Source: Flavobacteriales bacterium (GTDB lineage: Bacteria > Bacteroidota > Bacteroidia > NS11-12g > UBA955). From it: 64,000 bases of DNA. A program made the position numbers and the translations under genes. Positions 1-9,226 of this stretch are shown here, one piece after another; the stretch's first letter is position 1, and every line of letters begins with the position of its first letter. The notes beneath the pieces were generated by a model. The model did not search any database and was not told the DNA's origin. It was given only the letters and a program-made list of their open reading frames with translations. The stretch spans positions 573 through 64,572 of the forward strand of contig JAHEMG010000006.1 of the NCBI GenBank assembly GCA_024643755.1, written 5' to 3'.

Positions 1-171
1 ATCGTAGTTGTCGCGGAGGCTACAAGCTTCGGCAGTGCAACCCGGTGTATCGTCTTTGGGGTAAAAATAAAGAACCAGTTTTTTACCGGTGTAATTTTTC
101 AAGGTAACAGTTTCACCTTTTTGGTTGGGTGCTGAAAAGTCAGGGGCGGGGGTTCCAATGGTCAAGTTCAT
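1..171 (-). CDS. bcp: Thiol peroxidase / peroxiredoxin Bcp, N-terminal part (gene runs off the left edge)
   Basis: Not in ORF track. Own translation from ATG at 171-169: [68 protein letters not shown] is the peroxidatic-Cys motif of Bcp/PrxQ peroxiredoxins. Confidence 0.85.
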   Translation of the reverse strand, partial: MNLTIGTPAPDFSAPNQKGETVTLKNYTGKKLVLYFYPKDDTPGCTAEACSLRDNYD

Positions 172-261
172 GATGATTTAACAATTCAAGTTTAAAAGCG
201 TTTGATGTCTGCAAATCTCGCCATACTTCCGTTGCGATTTTCGCCATACACCCAAAACGAG

Positions 262-2646
262 TTACAATTTTTCCAAAACGAATTCGGTCATTCTGCGATA
301 CAAATGGTAACTCGCCGCGCGATCACCAATCCCGTGGTTTCGGTTTGGATAAACTTCAGCATCATAACGAACGCCTGATTTAATCATCGCATTGATCATC
401 TCCGCAGAGTTTTGCCAATGTACGTTATCATCTCCCGTGCCGTGTACCAACAAGTAGTTCCCTTTGATGCCATCCGTAAAATTCAACGGTGAATTGTTTT
501 CGTAACCTTGTGGGTTATCGATCGGTCTGCGCAAATATCGCTCTGTATAAATGTTGTCGTAGTATTTCCAATGGGTGACTGGAGCCACAGCCACAGCGGC
601 TTTGAACACATCGCTATGTTTGGTAATTGCTGAACTACTCATGTATCCGCCGAAACTCCATCCCCAAATGCCAATTCTGCTCGCATCAACGTAGGGGAGG
701 TTGGCCATTTGTTTCGCCGCAAAAGCATGGTCAGTACTTTCCAATAATCCCAATTCTAGGTAGGTAGATTTCTTAAAAATTGCGCCTTTTCTTCCGGTGC
801 CACGATTGTCTACCACAGTGATTAAATATCCCTGAGAGGCCAAATATTGGTGGTAGAAAAAGTTGCGACTGCCAAACTGATTGCGAACTTGATTGCTGCC
901 AGGGCCGCCGTATACAAACATCAAAACGGGGTATTTCTTGTTTGCATCAAAGTTGGGCGGGTAGATGGTGTATGAGATTTGTTTTGACAGCAACGCTGCA
1001 TGCGCGGTGTAGTTCGCTGCGCTGGTCTTTGTGTCCCATCCGTTTTGTGTTACCAAATTCCAGAATTCTGTTTTCCAATATCCTTGTTTGGTGGTGTCTG
1101 TATTGAATTCGCCAAATTTTACTGTGCCCAAATTCAACGAACCCATCTTCTTGGTCCACTCCGCATTCAGTTCTACATCCTTGCTCCATTTGCCATCCAT
1201 GCGTTTGATGCGGTGTTCCACAACAGGTAAATGACTGCTATTGCTGCGCGATTCAGTATAGTATAAGGCGTTGGGGCCTAAATTGATTGAATAATTATAG
1301 CCCGGCTCAGTCAGGCGCTTTTTGCCCTTGCCGTTCAATCCGATGCAATACACGTGGTCCTCTAAAACAGATTGTTCGCTGCTGCTGTATACCACACTCT
1401 TGGTAGCATTCACGTATCCTAGGAATCGAATCACATCAAAATTGCCTGTGGTGATGGCTTTTGAGTATCGCTGTGTAGGTGTGCAATAATTCTGAAACTG
1501 TCCTTTCTCAATGCAATCGCGGTAATCGTGCAGATACAAATGATTGAAACCTGATTTCTCACTGCTGTAAATGAATTGTGTGCTGTTGGGAATGAAAGTC
1601 AGGTTGTCGGTGATTTCAACATACGCCGAATCAATCTCCTCCAATGCCACCCCACAATCGCCGTTTGCTGAATTACAAAACAACAATTCCCAGTGATTCT
1701 GCCAACGGTTCAATCGCTGTATGCTCAAGAATTGATCGGTTTGAGTCCACTGAATTCGTGGTAAATATTGATCCCTTTCACTACCTGTCTTTGCGATGCG
1801 GGTTTGTTTGTCGTCAAGACCATAAATATGTACATCCACTTTGGCATTGTCTTCACCTGCCTTGGGATATTTCCATTGGGTCTGCGATGGATACAGCGCC
1901 TTGCTGTTGAACATGTCCATGGAGAATTCCTTCACCTTGCTTTCATCGAAGTGATAAAAGGCCAAAAATTTGCCACTGGGCGACCAGCGCATGCCGTTGT
2001 CCATGGTGAATTCTTCTTCATATACCCAGTCTACCGCGCCGTTGATGATTTTGTTTTCTGCGCCATCGGTGGTGATTTGGGTTTCTGTACCGGCGATCAA
2101 ATCAAAGATGAATACGTTGTTGTCTTTCACGTAAGCCACCCGTTTGTTGTCGGGCGATAGGGTAGGATACCGCATACGTCCGGGTATGTAGGTGATTTTA
2201 TGTGATTGTAAATCAACAACATAGCATTTTGCAGTAAATGAATGACGATAGACCTGCTGTTTTTCATATTGAACCACCATGAACTTCTCATCGCTGCTAA
2301 TTTCATAGCTGCCTTGCGGTGGTGTTTTATCATACTGCTTAGAATCGAAAAGAACGGTAGTACTGTTCGATTTGCCTTCGATGTCTTTTTTGATGAGCGT
2401 CCAATTGGCCGGTGTGTTTGCCGGGGCATCATCCACTTTTAGTTCAATGAAGTGTTTCCCATCTGGGGCGAATTCACCGAAGTTGCCCGGTTTTGGATAG
2501 AGGGCAGGGTCGCGAAAAATACGCGCTAGGGTGAGCCCAGGGTTTTCCTCAACTGCCTGGACAGTTTTAGAATCTGTGGTTTGAGCGATGGCGTAGTTTA
2601 GGGTAAGTCCTAAAAATATCGCAGCAGAAAACAGGGGTTTGGTCAT
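262..2646 (-). CDS. Dipeptidyl-peptidase IV (S9B family serine peptidase), secreted
   Basis: 794 aa. N-terminal signal peptide (LNYAIAQ), long N-terminal propeller-type region, C-terminal alpha/beta hydrolase with nucleophile elbow GIWGWSFGGYMS, acid LLVHGTGDDNVH and His YPNRNHGI. Confidence 0.9.
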   Translation of the reverse strand: MTKPLFSAAIFLGLTLNYAIAQTTDSKTVQAVEENPGLTLARIFRDPALYPKPGNFGEFAPDGKHFIELKVDDAPANTPANWTLIKKDIEGKSNSTTVLFDSKQYDKTPPQGSYEISSDEKFMVVQYEKQQVYRHSFTAKCYVVDLQSHKITYIPGRMRYPTLSPDNKRVAYVKDNNVFIFDLIAGTETQITTDGAENKIINGAVDWVYEEEFTMDNGMRWSPSGKFLAFYHFDESKVKEFSMDMFNSKALYPSQTQWKYPKAGEDNAKVDVHIYGLDDKQTRIAKTGSERDQYLPRIQWTQTDQFLSIQRLNRWQNHWELLFCNSANGDCGVALEEIDSAYVEITDNLTFIPNSTQFIYSSEKSGFNHLYLHDYRDCIEKGQFQNYCTPTQRYSKAITTGNFDVIRFLGYVNATKSVVYSSSEQSVLEDHVYCIGLNGKGKKRLTEPGYNYSINLGPNALYYTESRSNSSHLPVVEHRIKRMDGKWSKDVELNAEWTKKMGSLNLGTVKFGEFNTDTTKQGYWKTEFWNLVTQNGWDTKTSAANYTAHAALLSKQISYTIYPPNFDANKKYPVLMFVYGGPGSNQVRNQFGSRNFFYHQYLASQGYLITVVDNRGTGRKGAIFKKSTYLELGLLESTDHAFAAKQMANLPYVDASRIGIWGWSFGGYMSSSAITKHSDVFKAAVAVAPVTHWKYYDNIYTERYLRRPIDNPQGYENNSPLNFTDGIKGNYLLVHGTGDDNVHWQNSAEMINAMIKSGVRYDAEVYPNRNHGIGDRAASYHLYRRMTEFVLEKL

Positions 2647-2675
2647 GTGTTTTAGAAAGGTTGTGAACGAATCGA

Positions 2676-4634
2676 TTAAATGCGCTGCAATTTGACCGAG
2701 CTACGTGGTTTGATGATTACGGGGACCATTTCATGGGTGACAACCGATCCATCCAAACCGAACCATTTTTCAGGTTTTCCGGCGAAGACTTTCATGTTGT
2801 CATAGGCCTGCATAACCAAATCATCAATGATAGGCAATTCGTTTTCTTGGCTCATTTCCTCATCTACCAATACAAAGCGGAAATCGCCCAAATGGTTTTT
2901 GTCGATGAAGGCATGATAGTATGGATCCAAATCGATTTCGTCTTTATCCACCATTTCCTGAATTACCATGCGCAAATACACACTGATTTTTTGCTGAACC
3001 CTGAAACCCAAACGGAATCGAACGCGAATGATGTCGTTCTTTTCTACTACGTTGATTTTGTATTCCATGGTATGCGGCTCATCCGTGATTTCGATGTTTA
3101 CAAACCAGTAAAAATCGGCCCGTTTCGGACGTTTGTATAAAATGGAATAAATCAGGGGCGATTCAACCTCGTCATCGGCCTTTGCTTTACTCAAATAGAT
3201 TAAGTGGGTAGCAAATTTGGGGAGGGTGGTGTCTTGGCTCAATGCGCGCAATTTGTCGCGGTAGCTGGTTAGCTTTTCTGTAACGACCATGCTCTGTTTG
3301 ATTTTGCCACCTCTGTAACTGATGTACATAACGAGAATGATGCCGGCACCAATCAACAAGGTAACAAAACCTCCGTCTTGGAATTTGCTCAAGTTCGCTA
3401 TTAAGAATGCGCTTTCAACCACCACAAATACGGCCATAATGAGGTAAACCAAGATGATGTTCCAGCGTTGTTTTCTCAAATAGTAAAACAGCAGGATTGA
3501 GGTCATCAACATGGTTACGGTAATGGCCAATCCGTAGGCAGCTTCCATCTTTGCGGATTCTTCGAAAATCAACACGATGAAAATACAGCCGAGCAAAAGG
3601 GCATTGTTCACCACGGGGATGTAGATCTGTCCTTTTACATTGGTAGGGAACTTTACAGTGAATTTGGGGAAGAAATGCAATCGGATGGCTTCGGATACCA
3701 AAGTGAAAGATCCGCTAATCAATGCCTGTGAAGCAATAATCGCCGCCATTGTGGCAATGGCAATTCCCACCAATAAGAACCAATCTGGCATGATGCCGTA
3801 GAAGGGTTTCTGTCCTTCCAACGACGTACCCAAGCGATTCAGTAGCCACGCACCTTGACCGAAATAGTTCAATAACAAGCTGATTTTTACAAAGACCCAT
3901 GATACGCGGATGTTTTGTTTGCCGCAATGTCCAAGATCGGAATACAACGCCTCGGCCCCGGTGGTGCAAAGGAATACGGCACCTAGGAGTAGGAATGCGT
4001 TTGGACTTGATTGCAAGAAATCAACAATATAAATTGGGTTGAATGCTTTGAGGATTTCTGGGTGATGTACGATTTGATTGAATCCCAATACGCCCAACAT
4101 GGAGAACCAAACGAGCATGATCGGACCGAAAAATTTCCCCACGGCGTTGGTGCCCACGCGTTGGAATAAGAAGATCACGCAAATGATGGCAATGACGATG
4201 GGAACGGTATGGATTTTACTGAGGTCGTAGGCATATCCATGTTCGGGAGTGATGTACATCAAACCTTCAATCGCAGAAGAAACCGAGATTGGGGGCGTAA
4301 TGATACCATCGGCCAAAAGCATCGCTCCGCCAACCATGGTGCCTACCACGAGGTAAGGGAATCGTCTTCTCAATAAGCTGTATAGAGAGAAAATGCCCCC
4401 TTCGCCGTTGTTGTCGGCCTGCAATGTCAAAATCACATATTTGATGGTGGTTTGGAGCATGAGCGTCCAAAAGACAGCGCTAAGTCCCCCGTAAATGAGT
4501 GTGTCGGTGATGGGTTTTTCGCCCATGATGGCACTCATAACATACAGTGGAGAGGTTCCGATGTCGCCGAAAATAATACCCAGGGTAATCAAAAGGCCCG
4601 CGCCGGTGACCTTATTTATGTTAGAGTGACTCAT
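2676..4634 (-). CDS. kup: KUP/HAK/KT family potassium uptake transporter
   Basis: Multi-pass membrane protein with family signature GIIFGDIGTSPLYV near the N-terminus and a cytoplasmic C-terminal domain. I prefer the ATG at 4634 (MSHSNINK...) over the track start at 4694. Confidence 0.9.
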   Translation of the reverse strand: MSHSNINKVTGAGLLITLGIIFGDIGTSPLYVMSAIMGEKPITDTLIYGGLSAVFWTLMLQTTIKYVILTLQADNNGEGGIFSLYSLLRRRFPYLVVGTMVGGAMLLADGIITPPISVSSAIEGLMYITPEHGYAYDLSKIHTVPIVIAIICVIFLFQRVGTNAVGKFFGPIMLVWFSMLGVLGFNQIVHHPEILKAFNPIYIVDFLQSSPNAFLLLGAVFLCTTGAEALYSDLGHCGKQNIRVSWVFVKISLLLNYFGQGAWLLNRLGTSLEGQKPFYGIMPDWFLLVGIAIATMAAIIASQALISGSFTLVSEAIRLHFFPKFTVKFPTNVKGQIYIPVVNNALLLGCIFIVLIFEESAKMEAAYGLAITVTMLMTSILLFYYLRKQRWNIILVYLIMAVFVVVESAFLIANLSKFQDGGFVTLLIGAGIILVMYISYRGGKIKQSMVVTEKLTSYRDKLRALSQDTTLPKFATHLIYLSKAKADDEVESPLIYSILYKRPKRADFYWFVNIEITDEPHTMEYKINVVEKNDIIRVRFRLGFRVQQKISVYLRMVIQEMVDKDEIDLDPYYHAFIDKNHLGDFRFVLVDEEMSQENELPIIDDLVMQAYDNMKVFAGKPEKWFGLDGSVVTHEMVPVIIKPRSSVKLQRI

Positions 4635-4842
4635 TTGATGTTTGTGGGGCGAATTTAATGAGGAATTGATTTCGTGGATAAGAAATATTTCCATGTGTTC
4701 ATTTTGTGAATAAGTGTGAACAACGCGATTTATTGGGCGATGCGCGATGTGGACGGATGGGTAAAATTTGACAGAGATAAATGTTTAATTGACACTTAAA
4801 ATGTAAGAACTTTGTGGCGTCGAAAAACTCCTCAAAAAACAC

Positions 4843-7014
4843 ATGTCAACGAAATCATCTTCCACGAACACCCCAGAAAACGATTATTCTGTAAGCCACG
4901 AAGGTATCAGCACATTTTACGCTGATTTGGTTTTTGGTCCGAAAGCCCAATCCAAATACCTTTCTACCGCAGCGCAAAATGCTATCTCTCAGGCCGCGAG
5001 TCATGGACAGCCCATCTCTCGTGAAACAGCTGATGAAGTAGCTGCTGGCATGCAAGCTTGGGCCTTGGATTTGGGAGCAACCCACTACACCCACTGGTTT
5101 CAGCCATTGCGTGGAACAACTGCAGAAAAGCACGATAGCTTTTTTGAACCAACAGGCATCGATACGGGTATTGAAAAGTTTGGTGGTAAAGCATTGGCAC
5201 AACAAGAACCTGATGCAAGTTCATTTCCATCTGGTGGTATTCGCAATACTTTTGAGGCGCGTGGCTACACCGCTTGGGATCCTAGCTCTCCTGCTTTCAT
5301 CATGCCGAAGGCTGGTGCGAAGACCCTTTGCATTCCAACCGTATTTGTATCGTACACCGGAGAGGCCTTGGATTACAAAGCCCCTTTGTTGAAGTCGGTG
5401 GCCTTTTTGAAGCAAACCGCTACAGATGTTTGTCAGTACTTCGATAAAAACGTAACCACCTGCTCGATCTCTTTGGGTATTGAGCAAGAGTATTTCTTGG
5501 TTGATGAGCAGCAGTTCAAATCACGTCCTGATTTGATGTTTGCCGGTCGCACCTTGATTGGGAATAGTCCAGCGAAAGGACAGCAATTGGAGGATCATTA
5601 CTTTGGTAGTATCCCCAATCGTGTGTTGGCGTTCATGGCAGATTTTGAAGAGCGTGCCCATTTGTTGGGTATTCCATTGCGTACCCGTCACAACGAAGTG
5701 GCGCCAGCACAGTTTGAGTGTGCGCCTCAGTATGAGGACATGAACTTGGCGGTTGATCACAACTCTTTGTTGATGGATTTGATGGAGAGTGTGGCCTTGG
5801 ATCACAATTTACGCGTGTTGTTGCACGAGAAGCCCTACAAGGGAATCAATGGTTCAGGTAAGCATAACAACTGGAGTATCATTACCGATACTGGCGTGAA
5901 TTTGTTGGCTCCAGGTAACAGCCCAGAGAGCAACTTGCAGTTTTTGACCTTCTTTGTAAATACCATCAAAGCCGTTCACGATCACCGCGATTTGTTGCGT
6001 GCCAGCATCGCTACCGCCGCCAACGATCACCGTTTGGGCGCCAACGAAGCTCCACCAGCAATTATGAGTGTGTTTGTTGGACATACCTTGGAAAATGTAT
6101 TGAATGATTTTGAATCGGATGCGAAAGTGGGTACTAAAGCCAATGCATCGGCCACAATCAATGTTCCCAACATCCCTGAAATTTTGTTCGATAACACCGA
6201 CCGAAATCGTACATCGCCCTTTGCCTTCACTGGAAATAAATTCGAATTCCGTGCGGTAGGTAGTTCTGATAACTGCTCTAGTTCAATGGTGGTGCTGAAT
6301 ACCATCATGGCGAATCAATTGAAAAACTTCAAAGCGGAAGTGGATGCGCGTATGGTCGAGCAGAATGTGACTGCAGAGGAAGCCATCAAGCAAATCTTGC
6401 GTACTTACATCACCGATACCAAGCGCATTTTGTTCGGTGGAAACGGTTATGGCGATGAGTGGAAAGAAGAAGCCAAGCGTCGAGGATTGTCGAACATCAC
6501 CACCACTCCTGAAGCTTTGCAGGCCTATTTGACGCCAGAGGCAGAAAAATTGTTTGTTGAAAACGGTATTTTCTCGCACCGCGAGTTGGAAGCCCGCACT
6601 GAAATTCGCTATGAAACCTATGTGTTGCGTTTGCAGATTGAAGGACGTGTGATGAACGAATTGGTGAGCAGCTATGTGATTCCCGCAGCCGTGAATTACC
6701 AAAAGCGATTGGCCGATAATATCAATGCGCTGAAAGGAATGGGACTTGCCGCCAGTGCATACAAAGCGCAGGCCGAAATCGTAGAATTCCTAAGCAAGCA
6801 TATCAACCGCGTATATGAATTGAATGAGCAAATGACCTCTGAGCGCGCGAAGGCGAACAATTTGGAGCATGCCGATAAGAAAGCGTTGGCTTATTGCAAC
6901 AATGTGAAGCCCATGTTTGATGAAATTCGCGAGTGCTGCGATGAAATCGAACGCGTTTGCGATGATGCAGAGTGGACTTTGCCTAAGTACCGTGAGTTGC
7001 TGTCGTTGAGTTAA
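4843..7014 (+). CDS. glnN: Glutamine synthetase type III
   Basis: 723 aa, the size class of Bacteroidota GSIII. Contains a GS catalytic-region motif YKGINGSGKHNNWS and EVAPAQFE. Confidence 0.85.
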   Translation: MSTKSSSTNTPENDYSVSHEGISTFYADLVFGPKAQSKYLSTAAQNAISQAASHGQPISRETADEVAAGMQAWALDLGATHYTHWFQPLRGTTAEKHDSFFEPTGIDTGIEKFGGKALAQQEPDASSFPSGGIRNTFEARGYTAWDPSSPAFIMPKAGAKTLCIPTVFVSYTGEALDYKAPLLKSVAFLKQTATDVCQYFDKNVTTCSISLGIEQEYFLVDEQQFKSRPDLMFAGRTLIGNSPAKGQQLEDHYFGSIPNRVLAFMADFEERAHLLGIPLRTRHNEVAPAQFECAPQYEDMNLAVDHNSLLMDLMESVALDHNLRVLLHEKPYKGINGSGKHNNWSIITDTGVNLLAPGNSPESNLQFLTFFVNTIKAVHDHRDLLRASIATAANDHRLGANEAPPAIMSVFVGHTLENVLNDFESDAKVGTKANASATINVPNIPEILFDNTDRNRTSPFAFTGNKFEFRAVGSSDNCSSSMVVLNTIMANQLKNFKAEVDARMVEQNVTAEEAIKQILRTYITDTKRILFGGNGYGDEWKEEAKRRGLSNITTTPEALQAYLTPEAEKLFVENGIFSHRELEARTEIRYETYVLRLQIEGRVMNELVSSYVIPAAVNYQKRLADNINALKGMGLAASAYKAQAEIVEFLSKHINRVYELNEQMTSERAKANNLEHADKKALAYCNNVKPMFDEIRECCDEIERVCDDAEWTLPKYRELLSLS

Positions 7015-7049
7015 TCAACGTGTTGGGGAGCCGCGAGGATTGCGGTTTT

Positions 7050-8177
7050 CTACTCCCGAATAATCACTTTTTGCGTGGTTCCTCGTTTGTATCGGAACAA
7101 CAAGAGTTGATTTTTGGGCAGTGATTCCCCCTCAGACAGTGGCTGTCCTAAAGTATTCAATATTTGCCATGGCGCCTCCTTCGGGGGCGCCATGTTTGTT
7201 ATACCCGCATAGCAATCGGGGATTTCGAATCGGGCATAAATGAGCGTGTCTTGGCTGAAGCACTGGTGCGACCATTGTGCACGTAAGATATAGCGACCTT
7301 TTCTGGGAAAACGATATTCGAGCAATCGTCCTTTGCTGCTGCCATAGATTAATCCGCTATCTGGGAAGGCATATTGCTTGTAAATGCTGAGATTGGCAGG
7401 GTCGTTCCACCGAGCTGAACCAATGGTATCCAAGGTGGCATCGCTGTAAATCAAGAAGTAGTGTTTCCAGCAAGTGTCTTTGGGGTCGGAGGCAACGAGC
7501 GACATGCGGGCGGTGAGAGAGTCGCAATGGGTTTGTTGTGTGGTGAGGTTGGCGGCGGCAAATGACAGGATATTGAGTTCTTTCACGAATAGGGTATCGC
7601 AGTTTCTACATTGGTTCCAGATGCTGAGCGACATTTTAAATTTGCCGGGGGAAGGAAAGGTGTAGTTACAAAGTCCGTTGTAATGTTTGCCGGTATCGGT
7701 TTTGCCCGTTTGATAATTGTAAAAGCGATATTGGTAGTTGAGGCATGAATCGGGATAGATGTTTTCGAGCTGCCATTGATAGTAACGGTTTTGGTTGTAT
7801 TGCTTGAGTTTGGCGGAGAACCAATTGCATTTGAGGGGTTTGCAGCCAACTTTGATGGTGAGGTAGATGGTGGAATCGTCGCGACCGCACTTGTTTTTAA
7901 CGAGTATCGTGCCATAGTATGAGCCGGTGTCGGGGAATACGACGTTGAATTTTTTGCTGAATGTGCGATAAACGGGGTCTGCGTATTGGTCCACAAATTC
8001 TGTTTCGAATTGCGAGAAACAGGTGTCGCTTACGCCTTGTAGCTCAAAGGAGTACACATTGCATTGGTTGCTGAAATTAACCGATACTTTAGACCAATTG
8101 GTTTGGCCCCACAAGGGAAGGTTTATCGCCCAGAAACAAAGCAGGGTCAAGCTCCAAGTGATGCGTTTTCGTTGCAT
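7050..8177 (-). CDS. Hypothetical secreted Cys-rich protein: three PKD/Ig-like repeats plus a probable T9SS C-terminal sorting domain
   Basis: Signal peptide MQRKRITWSLTLLCFWAINLPLWGQ (start at 8177 preferred). Three roughly 100-aa modules each end in FP..G.Y......C..D motifs: FPDTGSYYGTILVKNKCGRDD, FPSPGKFKMSLSIWNQCRNCD, FPRKGRYILRAQWSHQCFSQD. The C-terminus (QILNTLGQPL...LLLFRYKRGTTQKVIIRE) resembles a T9SS CTD. Confidence 0.6.
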   Translation of the reverse strand: MQRKRITWSLTLLCFWAINLPLWGQTNWSKVSVNFSNQCNVYSFELQGVSDTCFSQFETEFVDQYADPVYRTFSKKFNVVFPDTGSYYGTILVKNKCGRDDSTIYLTIKVGCKPLKCNWFSAKLKQYNQNRYYQWQLENIYPDSCLNYQYRFYNYQTGKTDTGKHYNGLCNYTFPSPGKFKMSLSIWNQCRNCDTLFVKELNILSFAAANLTTQQTHCDSLTARMSLVASDPKDTCWKHYFLIYSDATLDTIGSARWNDPANLSIYKQYAFPDSGLIYGSSKGRLLEYRFPRKGRYILRAQWSHQCFSQDTLIYARFEIPDCYAGITNMAPPKEAPWQILNTLGQPLSEGESLPKNQLLLFRYKRGTTQKVIIRE

Positions 8178-8224
8178 TGAAATGACAATATACAAAATTT
8201 TGTTCGGATTTCCAAAATAAACAG

Positions 8225-8240
8225 TGTGAACAAAATCACG
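8225..8240. promoter_or_regulatory. CRP/FNR-type inverted repeat TGTGA-N6-TCACG in the divergent region upstream of trxB
   Basis: tgtga acaaaa tcacg: 9 of 10 match to TGTGA-N6-TCACA. It is centred about 42 nt upstream of the transcription start implied by the TATTTTTG box at 8262-8269. Confidence 0.3.
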
Positions 8241-8261
8241 ATAACTCCCGAAAATGGAGTT

Positions 8262-8269
8262 TATTTTTG
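8262..8269 (+). promoter_or_regulatory. Bacteroidota sigma-A -7 box (TAnnTTTG) for trxB
   Basis: Exact TATTTTTG, 9 nt upstream of the trxB ATG (8279). Confidence 0.4.
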
Positions 8270-8278
8270 TGAAGTTTT

Positions 8279-9220
8279 ATGGAAAAAGTAGAGTGTTTGA
8301 TCATTGGTAGCGGTCCGGCAGGTTATACCGCTGCGATTTACGCCGCGCGTGCGGATATGAAGCCCGTTATGTATGAAGGTTTGCAGCCGGGCGGACAGTT
8401 AACCATCACCACGGAGGTGGAGAATTATCCCGGTTTTCCTCATGGCATTCAGGGTCCTGAGATGATGAACCAGTTCAAGGAGCAAGCGGTTCGGTTGGGT
8501 ACGGACGTGCGTTTTGGGATGGTGACATCGGTAGAATTTAAGCAGGGCGGTCCACAAAAAGTGATTGTTGATGGCAGTCATGAGATAGAGGCCCAAGCGG
8601 TGATTATCTCTACAGGTGCCAGTGCGAAGTGGTTGGGCATTCCCTCAGAGCAGCGTTTGAATGGTTCAGGTGTAAGTGCCTGTGCGGTTTGCGATGGATT
8701 CTTTTACCGCGGTCAAGATGTAGCCATTGTGGGTGCGGGAGATACCGCTTGTGAAGAGGCTTCCTACCTAGCTAAAATTTGTAATAAAGTATACATGTTG
8801 GTGCGGAAGGACGAATTCAGGGCTTCCAAAGCGATGCAGCATCGCGTGATGAATACGCCAAACATCGAAGTGTTGTTTAACACAGAAACCGATGAGATTC
8901 TGGGCGATTTTGGGGTTGAAGGATTGCGTGTAAAGAATAATGTGAGCGGTGAAACCAGAGAGTTTCCTATCAAAGGATTCTTTGTGGCGATCGGACATAA
9001 GCCCAATACAGATATTTTCAAGCCCTACATCGACATGGACGATCAAGGGTATATCATCACAAAGCCGGGTACAAGTTACACCAATGTTGAAGGGGTGTTC
9101 TGTGCGGGCGATGCACAAGATAAAATTTACCGTCAGGCGGTTACCGCTGCGGGCAGTGGTTGTATGGCCGCTTTGGATGCTGAGCGCTGGTTGGGTGCTA
9201 AGCATGCGCCCGCTCAATAA
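8279..9220 (+). CDS. trxB: Thioredoxin-disulfide reductase
   Basis: 313 aa. FAD motif IIGSGPAGYTAA, redox-active CAVCDG, NADPH motif GAGDTACEEA. Confidence 0.95.
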   Translation: MEKVECLIIGSGPAGYTAAIYAARADMKPVMYEGLQPGGQLTITTEVENYPGFPHGIQGPEMMNQFKEQAVRLGTDVRFGMVTSVEFKQGGPQKVIVDGSHEIEAQAVIISTGASAKWLGIPSEQRLNGSGVSACAVCDGFFYRGQDVAIVGAGDTACEEASYLAKICNKVYMLVRKDEFRASKAMQHRVMNTPNIEVLFNTETDEILGDFGVEGLRVKNNVSGETREFPIKGFFVAIGHKPNTDIFKPYIDMDDQGYIITKPGTSYTNVEGVFCAGDAQDKIYRQAVTAAGSGCMAALDAERWLGAKHAPAQ

Positions 9221-9226
9221 ATTACA

